A stretch of 64,000 nt of DNA from a virus, in IMG/VR virus record IMGVR_UViG_3300013102_000030, positions 32,001 to 96,000 of that record, one strand, 5' to 3'. Positions 10,775 through 20,000 of the stretch are shown here, piece by piece. Numbering within the stretch: position 1 is the stretch's first letter; each line of letters opens with the position of its first letter. The notes under the pieces were generated by a model, which made no database searches, was not told the DNA's origin, and saw nothing but the letters and a program-made list of their open reading frames with translations. A program made the translations under genes and the position numbers.

Positions 10775-12763
10775 GTGGATTCCATCCGTGAAAATCTTGA
10801 TCGTCTAGCCGATCTTAGCCCGGAAGAACTACAGGCTCTACAGGAATCGATTGCAACCGAGTTCGGTACGCTTTCTGATTCCGTTGGAGACAGCCCGACT
10901 CGTGACGCTGTTGACGCTATGAACGAACTCGCTGATGCCAACGACGTTGTCGCCGGAGAGCAGGCTCGTAGAGTAGCAGAGGCAGAAGAACTGGCAACTG
11001 CCGCAGAAGCTGCCATCTCCCGTTTCAAGGGGGATGAAGGTGCCACTGAAGAAGAGGCTCCCGTTGAGGAACTAGCCGCAGAGGGAACACCAGAAGAGGA
11101 AAAGAAGGAAACTCCTGAAGAGGAGAAGTCCGAACCAGCCCCTGCTGAAGGAACCCCTGAGGAAGAGACTGAAGAGTCTCCTGAAGAGGCAGACGCAGAA
11201 AAGAAGAAGAAGGATCTGGAGAAGTTCTCAGAGACTGAAATCGAAGAAGCGTCCGAACCTGTAGTTGAAGCTGTAGCTGAGTTCTCAGCATCAGAACCAG
11301 TTGAAGCACCAGTTGCTGAAGCTGTCGCTGAAGAGCCAGTCGAGTCTGAAGCCGCTATCGAAGAAGCTCCGGAGGCTGAAAGCGCCACCGAAACCCCCAT
11401 TGAAACAGTAGCAGAAGTTGCTACAGAAGATTCTACCACAGAAAGTTCGGAGGAACCTGTGACTGCCTCTAACACACCAAATGAGCTTGCATTCGAAGCT
11501 CCAGCAGAACTACGTCCTGCATCTCTCAAGGTCTCTGCTCCGGTAACCATTACCGCTGGTGCTGACCTTCAGGGTATCACAGCAGGTGCTGAACTGTCCA
11601 GCCTCAAGGAAGTTGCTCAGGCGCTTCTTTCCCGTAAGCACGGCATGGGCCGCACTTCCGGTGGCGACGGCGAACAGCACACTGTTGCTACCTTCTCCAC
11701 GTCCTTCCCTGACAACCGTATGCTCTTCAGCAATGACGTTGAGGGTAACCGCGCAAAGATCAACGCTGTTGTTTCTCCTGAAGCAATCGTTGCTGCCGGT
11801 GGTCTTACCGCTCCGGTTGAGACTTCTTGGGACATCTTTGAGCTTGGCGAGACCTCTGTCCGCCCCGTCAAGGACGCTCTTGCGGTCTTCGGTGCTGATC
11901 GTGGTGGCCTTCGCTTCATGACCCCACCGCTGCTCTCTGACCTTGAGGGCGCTGTCTCCGTATGGACCATGCAGGATGACATCGACGCTGCCTCCCCAGA
12001 CGGCCCGAACCCTGTCAAGCCATGCCTCCGTGTTGCAGCCGGTACTGAAGTTACCGTCTACACCGACGCTATTCCGCTCTGCCTTACCTTCGGTAACCTA
12101 GGCGCTCGCGCTTACCCTGAGCTTGTCCAGCGTCACACCGAGCTTGGAATGGTTCAGCACGCACGTTTCGCTGAGATCCGCCTGCTTACCCGCATTGGTG
12201 CTCTCTCCACCCCAGTTACCGCTGACGCTGAACTTGGCGCTGCTCGTGACATCTTCGTCCAGCTTGAGCAGGCTGCTACAGCTTACCGCTCACGCTACCG
12301 CCTTGATCCTAAGGTTCCGCTCCGCGTACTCTTCCCTGAGTGGTTCAAGAACGCGCTCCGCGCTGACCTGACCAAGCAGCTTCCGGGTGACGGACGCGAC
12401 GGTACCTTCAACCTGGGCGAAGCCGAGATCAACAAGTGGTTCGCTACTCGTAACATCAACGTTTCATGGTTCATCGATGGCGAAACAGGCCAGATCTTCG
12501 GTGAGCAGGCTCCGGGTGCACTTCTCGGATTCCCCAAGGAACTGATCTGGTACCTCTTCTCTGAGGGCACCTTCGTATTCCTTGAAGGCGGTGTGCTTGA
12601 CCTCGGACTCGTCCGTGACTCAACACTCAACGGCACCAACGATTACAAAATCTTCCTTGAGACTTTTGAAGGCGTTGCAAAGGTCGGTGTAGAGTCCCTA
12701 CGCGTTACCTCCAAGCTCGCAATCAAGGGTTCTAGCTCCGGCACCACAGCGGTCGCAGGCTAG
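10775..12763 (+). CDS. Major capsid (hexamer) protein with N-terminal acidic scaffold-like region
   Basis: Strong AAAGGAGG RBS. About 240 aa Glu/Ala-rich N-terminus, then IVAAGGLTAP..WD and RGGLRF motifs typical of actinophage capsid proteins. Confidence 0.85.
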   Translation: MDSIRENLDRLADLSPEELQALQESIATEFGTLSDSVGDSPTRDAVDAMNELADANDVVAGEQARRVAEAEELATAAEAAISRFKGDEGATEEEAPVEELAAEGTPEEEKKETPEEEKSEPAPAEGTPEEETEESPEEADAEKKKKDLEKFSETEIEEASEPVVEAVAEFSASEPVEAPVAEAVAEEPVESEAAIEEAPEAESATETPIETVAEVATEDSTTESSEEPVTASNTPNELAFEAPAELRPASLKVSAPVTITAGADLQGITAGAELSSLKEVAQALLSRKHGMGRTSGGDGEQHTVATFSTSFPDNRMLFSNDVEGNRAKINAVVSPEAIVAAGGLTAPVETSWDIFELGETSVRPVKDALAVFGADRGGLRFMTPPLLSDLEGAVSVWTMQDDIDAASPDGPNPVKPCLRVAAGTEVTVYTDAIPLCLTFGNLGARAYPELVQRHTELGMVQHARFAEIRLLTRIGALSTPVTADAELGAARDIFVQLEQAATAYRSRYRLDPKVPLRVLFPEWFKNALRADLTKQLPGDGRDGTFNLGEAEINKWFATRNINVSWFIDGETGQIFGEQAPGALLGFPKELIWYLFSEGTFVFLEGGVLDLGLVRDSTLNGTNDYKIFLETFEGVAKVGVESLRVTSKLAIKGSSSGTTAVAG

Positions 12764-12818
12764 TCAAAATCATATCAGTAAAAGTAGCTGGACTCAGAAT
12801 TAATCAGTAAGGAATCAC

Positions 12819-13688
12819 ATGGCACGCAGTAACACAACCCTAGTCCCCACAGCGGGACTTGAGGTCGCCCCCTTCGGTATTCTGAGTCCAGCTACCACTA
12901 CGTACAACGAAAGTGAAAGCTTCTGGACTTCAGGGATCACCTATGAAGCGGCAGATGCTGGTGTAGTGGTAAAGAACGGTTCCATCTTCGGAATCGGCTC
13001 TGCCACTGACGTAACTGTTATTGATAACACGGACGACAAAGAGCACTTCAAGATCTACTTCCCGTTTGACATTCAGGCATCCGTCAAGGTTTCCACTATG
13101 GGAACCAACCCGGATGATGTTGAGGCAAGCGCGAAGAATGCTCTTGACATCGTGACTCAGAAGGCCATTGAGGCGGAATTCTGGGACGGCGGGATCGCAA
13201 GTTCTCTAACATCTGACAATAATAACAGATGGCTTGCTTCGGCACAATCTGTAGATGTCACCCCAACTCCGGGAACCGGTGTGAAGGTTCAGTATGGTCT
13301 GGCTCTTCTGGAGCAGGCCATTGCAAACGCATCCATCGGATTCCAAGGAGTCATCCACGCTCCTAGAGATGTCGCATCAGCGCTCCGTCTGGAGGCTGAC
13401 GGCAAGACCCTCAGGACCAGCCTTGGCACTCCCGTAGTGGCCGGTGTCGGATACTCAAAGAAGGGTCCGAACGGTCAACCAGCAGCGGCAGGCAAGGCAT
13501 GGATGTATGCCACAGGCCCTGTATCAGTCCGCCTCGGACCAACAACAGTTACCCCACAGAAGCTCAATCAGGCAGTGAACATTCGTATCAATGAGATCGA
13601 ATACTACGCTGACCGTCCCGCAGCAGTTACTTGGGCTACCACTGACTCGTACGCAGTACTCATTGATCTAACACTAGATTACGCATAA
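12819..13688 (+). CDS. Second capsid protein (probable pentamer/vertex capsid protein)
   Basis: 289 aa, directly after the major capsid gene; PFGILS..W.SGITY..T.LGTPVVAG.GY pattern and synteny match cluster-B-like actinophage heads. Confidence 0.6.
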   Translation: MARSNTTLVPTAGLEVAPFGILSPATTTYNESESFWTSGITYEAADAGVVVKNGSIFGIGSATDVTVIDNTDDKEHFKIYFPFDIQASVKVSTMGTNPDDVEASAKNALDIVTQKAIEAEFWDGGIASSLTSDNNNRWLASAQSVDVTPTPGTGVKVQYGLALLEQAIANASIGFQGVIHAPRDVASALRLEADGKTLRTSLGTPVVAGVGYSKKGPNGQPAAAGKAWMYATGPVSVRLGPTTVTPQKLNQAVNIRINEIEYYADRPAAVTWATTDSYAVLIDLTLDYA

Positions 13689-13702
13689 TTAGGAGATAAA
13701 CC

Positions 13703-14344
13703 ATGGCTCAAGACAACGCTTCCGCAGTAGCGGGTGTGGCGATCCGTCTAACAAGACTGGATGCAGCCGGAGCACCCGTAGTCGGAGCAAGCGCATCATA
13801 CGTTACCAAGAAGTTCGTCTCTCTTGGTTTCACCCCAGAATACGAGACTGGTGAAGAGTTTACCACCAAGGCAGCAGACGGGTCAACCTGTGCTACTTGG
13901 CGCTCCCCAGATACTCTCAAGCGTGTTACACTGAGCATTGCTCTCTGTGACCCCGATCCCGAGTTCACCGAAATGATTGCCGGTGGTACTCTACTCTCCG
14001 CAGGCGGAAAGTCTGTCGGTTGGAAGGCCCCACTTGTTGGTGTCGATGCTACACCTAACGGTGTTGGTATTGAAGTTTGGGCTATTGCGAACATCGGTGG
14101 CCGTCAGGCTGCTGTGAACCCATACTGGCAGTTCGTCTTCCCATACGCACAGATGCACATGGCTGGAGAGCGTGCAATCCAGAACGACCTTATGGCTACA
14201 AGCTTTGAAGGTTGGGCTGTTGGAAACGCCAACTTCGGAGACGGCCCTGCCGCTCCACTGTGGCCGTTCGCCTCTGACGCTCCAGTTGCTTACGCACGTA
14301 CCACTTCCATCCCTGCGGGAACTGGCTACCAAGCTGTAACGTAA
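13703..14344 (+). CDS. Major tail protein
   Basis: IRLTRLD..G..TPEYETGEEFTTKAADG..C..DTLKR..LCDPDPE; strong RBS; followed by a terminator. Confidence 0.8.
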   Translation: MAQDNASAVAGVAIRLTRLDAAGAPVVGASASYVTKKFVSLGFTPEYETGEEFTTKAADGSTCATWRSPDTLKRVTLSIALCDPDPEFTEMIAGGTLLSAGGKSVGWKAPLVGVDATPNGVGIEVWAIANIGGRQAAVNPYWQFVFPYAQMHMAGERAIQNDLMATSFEGWAVGNANFGDGPAAPLWPFASDAPVAYARTTSIPAGTGYQAVT

Positions 14345-14364
14345 GTTACAACCACATAAATACC

Positions 14365-14396
14365 ACTGGCTGGTCTCTTCGTTGAGGCCAGCCAGT
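14365..14396 (+). terminator. Hairpin terminator
   Basis: ACTGGCTGGTCTC-ttcgtt-GAGGCCAGCCAGT. Confidence 0.7.
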
Positions 14397-14411
14397 CGTG
14401 TTTGTAGCCTA

Positions 14412-14420
14412 TGATATAAT
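14412..14420 (+). promoter_or_regulatory. Extended -10 promoter
   Basis: TGATATAAT between the terminator and the next gene. Confidence 0.6.
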
Positions 14421-14446
14421 TGGAAGAAGCGAACATTGGAGACTAA

Positions 14447-15133
14447 ATGACTAACCTTTGGATTAGTGCATCCGAAACTATAGACCCTGCGGGTCCATAC
14501 TCACAGTCTGCCGTTGAATTTGCCAGCTTGATTCTGTTCAAACTCTCTGCTGAAAAATACACCGGGATTCATACCACCACTGAGGTCTACTCCTCAGATG
14601 CTGGGTTGTCAGTTGCAGTCACTCCCGCTCTGGTTGGCGGCAACATCTACAACCTCCCGAGATCCTATGACGGAGTCCGTAACCTAAGGCTACGGCACAG
14701 CCCTGTCCGATCCATCCAGAGTGTCGAATATATGGGAGCACTTCTTGATCCCAGTGAGTACAGCCTACGGAACAACGCCTATATCGTACGGAAGCAGTCC
14801 CTTCCTTGGGTACTGGATTCCCTCACCGAACTGTCCATCACATACACCTACGGAACTCCTCCTCCTTCAGCAGGGAAACGCGCAGCACTGAGGCTCGCCA
14901 ATGAATTCATCCTAGCTGATATGGGATCTCCTGAGTGTGCCCTTCCTGAGCGTGTCTCATCTGTCTCCCGTCAGGGTGTACAGGTGAACTTTGACACCAG
15001 TGACTTTCTTCAGAACGGAAAGGTCGGCATCTATGAAGTTGACCTTTTCCTTGCCGCAGTAAATCCTAACAAGGCCAAAAAGAGGCCCAAAGTCTTCTCG
15101 GTAGACAGACCGAGAGGAGAAAGAGTAAACTAA
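14447..15133 (+). CDS. Head-to-tail adaptor
   Basis: ITYTYG..PP..AA..LA.E..CALPERVSSVSRQGV pattern and position in the gene order. Confidence 0.7.
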   Translation: MTNLWISASETIDPAGPYSQSAVEFASLILFKLSAEKYTGIHTTTEVYSSDAGLSVAVTPALVGGNIYNLPRSYDGVRNLRLRHSPVRSIQSVEYMGALLDPSEYSLRNNAYIVRKQSLPWVLDSLTELSITYTYGTPPPSAGKRAALRLANEFILADMGSPECALPERVSSVSRQGVQVNFDTSDFLQNGKVGIYEVDLFLAAVNPNKAKKRPKVFSVDRPRGERVN

Positions 15134-15402
15134 TGAGCGATATCGATCCTTATGCACCAGTGTACCCCGTAACCGAATACGCCAAGGAATTCAAGAAGGA
15201 AGAGGCGGAAGCCCCTGCTCCTAAGGTTGAAGCCCCTGCTGAGCCAGAAGTACAGGAACTACAGGTTCCCGATAGCTCAGCCAAGGATGTCCTTGCATGG
15301 GTTGGCGAAGATGTAGACCGCGCCAAGGCTGCTCTTTCTCATGAAGAAGACAACCAGAAGCGCTCCACACTCATCACCAAGCTCAACGCCATCATCGACT
15401 AA
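15133..15402 (+). CDS. Hypothetical protein
   Basis: 89 aa, translationally coupled to the upstream gene (TAATG). Confidence 0.7.
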   Translation: MSDIDPYAPVYPVTEYAKEFKKEEAEAPAPKVEAPAEPEVQELQVPDSSAKDVLAWVGEDVDRAKAALSHEEDNQKRSTLITKLNAIID

Positions 15403-15420
15403 TAACAATCTGAGGAAGCT

Positions 15421-15972
15421 ATGATCAATCCTTTGGAATTCGTAGAAATAGCTGACCTCCTCATGGATACCATCGTTTCCACATATGCAGATCACGGGGT
15501 ACCGCTTCCAACGAAGCGGTACCTCGCTGTTGGTGGTATCGGTGAAACTGCCCACAACTGTGAGCAGGTAACCGTTTCCTTTGAGCAGGGCTATTCCGGC
15601 CTCCCCGGAAATCAGGCACAAGAGCCTGCAAAATGCAATACCCCGAGAAGCGCCGTATTCATCGTTGAAGTTGTTCGGCACGTTCCGACCATCAACTCCA
15701 ATGCTACCATCCCGGAGACCCTGACACCAAGCCGTTACCCCATCGTGAACGCTAAGGTTGCACTGGTTCCGGATGACAAGCAGTCGGATGTCGCACGAAC
15801 GCAGATGAAAGACGCAATGCTCCTGCTGGATGCTGGCATGAGAGCCGCTGACAACCAGCTAGGAGGCGCTATGGTGGACGTAAGTGCCGGAAGCCTATCC
15901 GGAGACTACCAAGCCATGATTCTGTCCGTTACAGCCACTGCTGTGACCAATACGGTTGAGTTTGGTCTGTAA
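15421..15972 (+). CDS. Putative tail terminator/neck protein
   Basis: 183 aa with GAGG RBS; assigned from synteny only. Confidence 0.5.
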   Translation: MINPLEFVEIADLLMDTIVSTYADHGVPLPTKRYLAVGGIGETAHNCEQVTVSFEQGYSGLPGNQAQEPAKCNTPRSAVFIVEVVRHVPTINSNATIPETLTPSRYPIVNAKVALVPDDKQSDVARTQMKDAMLLLDAGMRAADNQLGGAMVDVSAGSLSGDYQAMILSVTATAVTNTVEFGL

Positions 15973-16352
15973 TGAAATGGGTAATGGATCATGCAGCATA
16001 CGAGCGGATGGTCAACCATCCCGATGAAATGGTGGGACGCTATCTTACCATCGTTGCTGCCAAGCTCAAGATCCTTGCCAAAGCGCAGGCCGGATACAAA
16101 ACCGGAGCGCTACGCAACTCCATCAACTACCGCGTGGTAAATAGCGGTGGTGGATTGGTTGCTTTCGTGGGATCTGACAACCGAGTTGCCTTCATGCATC
16201 ATGAGGGAACGCGCCCCCACATCATTGCCGCGAGACGTGCCCAAACATTGAGGTTTTATTCTCGTGGTAGAATAGTGTATGCAAAAGTTGTGCGTCATCC
16301 CGGTACAAGACCTAACAAGTACCTGACGGATAACCTACGAAAAGTCATCTGA
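15972..16352 (+). CDS. HK97 gp10-like neck/tail-completion protein
   Basis: KTGALRNSI..HHEGTRPHII..HPGT motif. Confidence 0.65.
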   Translation: MKWVMDHAAYERMVNHPDEMVGRYLTIVAAKLKILAKAQAGYKTGALRNSINYRVVNSGGGLVAFVGSDNRVAFMHHEGTRPHIIAARRAQTLRFYSRGRIVYAKVVRHPGTRPNKYLTDNLRKVI

Positions 16353-16384
16353 CGCAATACGAAATAACGACACAGGAGCCACAC

Positions 16385-16732
16385 ATGGCCGCTTCACGCA
16401 AAATCAAGTCCTTCGCCGCCCCAGTTGCCGAAACTGAGGAAACCGTTGTAGAACCCATTGAGTTCGACGTAGCCGGAGAGACTGTTGAGGCACTGGGAGA
16501 AGTTCCCGGAGCCGTACTCCTTGACTTTATCGCCAATTCTGGCAGCGATAGCTCCTCCGATACTGCTAGCGCAATCAACACTTACCTCAAGGACTCCTTT
16601 GATGAGGAAAACGGTAAGAAGTTCCAGAAGATCATTCGTGACCCCAAGAACAAGGTCAAGATTGAGCACCTTTCTGAAATCGTAGCACACCTTGTGGAGG
16701 AACGCGCCTCGCGCCCTACGGCAGCGTCCTAG
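16385..16732 (+). CDS. Tail assembly chaperone (gpG-like)
   Basis: 115 aa, upstream of the tape measure gene; ends ..RPTAAS; AGGAG RBS. Confidence 0.75.
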   Translation: MAASRKIKSFAAPVAETEETVVEPIEFDVAGETVEALGEVPGAVLLDFIANSGSDSSSDTASAINTYLKDSFDEENGKKFQKIIRDPKNKVKIEHLSEIVAHLVEERASRPTAAS

Positions 16733-17052
16733 CAGTAGGACGCGATTTTCTGAAGTGGTGGTCGTATATTGACGGCCACCACCTCCGTAAAGGGGTCGAT
16801 CTGTTGAAACTCTTCCAGACTCTGGATGAGTACAGGTCTTTCAATATCATAGACGATATCCTAGTCGAAGAGGCTATACGGGATGCGGAAGTGCACGATT
16901 CTTTGACCAAGATTCGAAAGCACCTTGACAAATCATACCTCATGGAGGCAGACGACTCACCGTATAAGGACATTGAGGGATACATTCCCGGTGTCTATGA
17001 CGAAGCAACCGACGAAGGATTTGGCGGTTGGGGAATAGCACCGATGCAGTAA
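16717..17052 (+). CDS. Tail assembly chaperone C-terminal extension (gpT-like), probably reached by -1 frameshift
   Basis: The -1 frame is open 16678-17052 (..PYGSVLAVGRDFLKWWSYIDGHHLRKGVDLLKLFQ..); candidate slip site CCCTAC at 16714. Confidence 0.65.
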   Translation, partial: YGSVLAVGRDFLKWWSYIDGHHLRKGVDLLKLFQTLDEYRSFNIIDDILVEEAIRDAEVHDSLTKIRKHLDKSYLMEADDSPYKDIEGYIPGVYDEATDEGFGGWGIAPMQ

Positions 17053-17066
17053 ACTAGGAGACCGCT

Positions 17067-20000
17067 TTGGCAATCATTGGATCAGCTTATGTTGATATCC
17101 GCGCTCTAGATCGTAATCTACAGCGCGACATTGACGACGCAATGAAGAAGGTCAAAGACCCGATCATTGAAATCAAGGCCGAAGTTGACCTAGAACCTGT
17201 CCGCAGAAAGATTGCGGAACTGCGTGCTGAACTCAAGAAAAATCCTCTCAAGGTAGCAGTTGAAGTTGACGACTCACACGTTGTTGACAAGCTCGCGGAA
17301 GCTCACCAGCTTTACGAGGACAACCCGCTTCACTCGGTAGCAACTGCCGATACATCCCAGATGCACACCGCCCTGCAAGCCGTCCGTGAGACGTACAGGG
17401 AGATGCCCTCAACCGTTACTGCCAATGCTAACACAGCTAGGGCTGAGGCGCAACTCTCTGTACTCTCACGACGCAGGCGAGTCAGCATCATTCCGGATAT
17501 CGAGATCCCGGAAGACTTTCAGCAAGCCTTCAGAGGCATCGGATACTCCATCATGGGTGCCATCCCTGCTGACAAGGTCAGGGCCTCTATTACTGGCATC
17601 CTAGCCAACTTTGAATCACTCCTGCTCACAGGTGCCAAGGTTGCAACGATGTTCGGCTCTATTGCCGCGTCCGCCCTCACAGCCAGTGCCAACGTTCTCA
17701 CAGTCGGAGCCGACGTTACTAAGGTCGTCGGACTCCTCTCTGTTGCGCCTGCTGTCATGTCCGCTTTCGGTGTGGGTGTGGCCTCTATGGTTATGGGGTG
17801 GAAGGACTTTGCAGGGGCACTTGATGAGGACCCCAAGAAGGCTTCCAAGGCACTTGCCAAGCTTCCGAAAGAAGCACAGGCTGCTGCACTGTCTCTGAAG
17901 GGCCTAGGATCAGAACTCCGTAAGTCCTCACAGGCTGAGTTCTGGAAGACTATGGGAACGTCCATTCAGGACTTCATGAAGCCTGCCTTTGACAGGATCA
18001 AGGAAGGATTCCAAGGATCTTCCCGTGAGTCAGCCAAGTTTGTAACAGGCGCTCTCAAGTCTTTCCAAGAATTTGCGGAAAAGGGTAACCTTGATGTAGT
18101 GTTCGGTAACATCAACAAGGGCCTCGCTGCTGCCTCCGGCGCTGCAAAGCCATTCTTTGATGCCCTAGGAACTATCACCCTTGTTGGCTCCAAGCACCTT
18201 GAGCGCTACGGGACCAACCTCACTAACCTTGCCACCAAGTTCGATGCTTGGGCCACCCGTGTCTCCCAGAGTGGAGAGATGAACACGTGGATCACTCAGG
18301 CCGAAGCGAACATGAAGAACCTGTGGTCTATCACCACATCTGCCGTTGATGTCTTTGAGGGTCTTTCGCACGCTGCCGCAAAGGCAGGAGGCAAGAGCCT
18401 AGCTGACCTCAACAACGGCATGAAGAACTTCGCCGGTCTAATCAACTCTGAGCCGTTCCAGACTAAGCTGGTGACGGTCCTTGAGGGTGCCCGTGCTGGT
18501 ACACAAGCTCTCAGTGAAGGCTTCAAGGACATCAAGGATGTCGTCAGCAAGGGTTCTGTAGCTCTCTCCGGATTCCTACACCTTGCAGGACAGGTTGGCG
18601 GTAAGCTCTCCTCCAACATTGCTGCAATGTTTGATGGAACGGACTTGGGCGCAGGTATCATCAATGCCATGGCTGGCGCTCGCAAGGCCATGGAAGACAT
18701 GAAGCCTGCCTTCAAGGACGTTGGAAAGATCATCGGTGATATCGGTGATATCGCTGGTGTTCTGTTTGTCAACATGGCTCCGGGCTTTGTCAAGCTTACC
18801 TCTACTCTACAGCAGGTAATTGAAGCGCTCAAGGATGGCATCATGGATGTCATCCCGGTCTTCAACATCTTCATTCAGAACATCCTTGAAGTTATCGCTC
18901 CAATTGTTGTCGGAGTCGCTAAGGCTGTCGGTGGACTTCTGGAAGGCTTCGCTGCCTTGCCAGAGGTTCTACGCAATGTTATCATGGGCTTTGGTCTTTT
19001 CCTAGCCGTCCTGAAGTTCCTTGACCGTCCGCTGAAGAACTCGGTCAGCCCTCTTCAGAAGATGAAGGACGGGATTACTAACCTTCGTGACTCACTGTCT
19101 CAGAAGTGGAACACAAATCCGTCACTAGGCGCTGTCAGGACAGCTTTCTCCGGACTCGCCGGATCAGCGTCTGTGGCTGTCGGTGCTGTAGGCAACGCCT
19201 TCAGGCAGATGGCTTGGATGACTCAGCACACTGCTGCTGCCATCGGTGAAGGATTCAAGAAGTCCTTCAGCCAGCTTGGCGATCAGATGAAGAAACTCGC
19301 GGCTCCTGCCAAGGAGTTCGCTTCCATGATGCGTGCTGCCATGGGAGAAGCGCTCTTCCCTCAGGAAGTCCGTGATGGCTTCCGTCAGGTCGGCTCAAAG
19401 CTCATGGAAGTTGCCCGTATCTACACGGGATACTTCACCGCTGCCAAGGACAAGATTGCTGCCATCGGCAAGTCCATTGCCTCTGTCTTCCCTGCAAGCC
19501 TCCTAGGACCGGCTCTCAAGGCCCTTCCGGGAGAAGTAGCTAAGACTCTTGCCTACGCTGGTCAGAAGGTCGCTGACGGCATTGCAAACGTTGCCAAGAC
19601 CATTGCTGGTCCTGCTGTTGGCTACGCTATGCAGAAGATGAAGGATGTCATCTCCACTCAGGCTCTTTACGCTTCCAAGCACCTTGAGAGCATTGGAAAT
19701 GGTATTGGAGCGGCTGTAAACGCCATCAAGGCTGCTCCAGCGGCAATTGCTTCTGCTGTCGGAAGCATGGCTGCAAAAGCCGGTGCTGCGTTCAACACCA
19801 TCCGTGAAGGAATGGCTAAGGCATTCAACGCTGGTGTGCTTGCTGCTGCTGTTCACCCGCTGACTGCTCCGTTCGTAACAATGGCAGATGCTGCACTGAC
19901 AGGTGCAAAGACTGCCCTTGGACACGTCCAGAACATGGCTAAGAACATCGGTTCCGCCATCAACACCATGACGGTACCTGCTCGTGCTGCGTTCTCCAGC

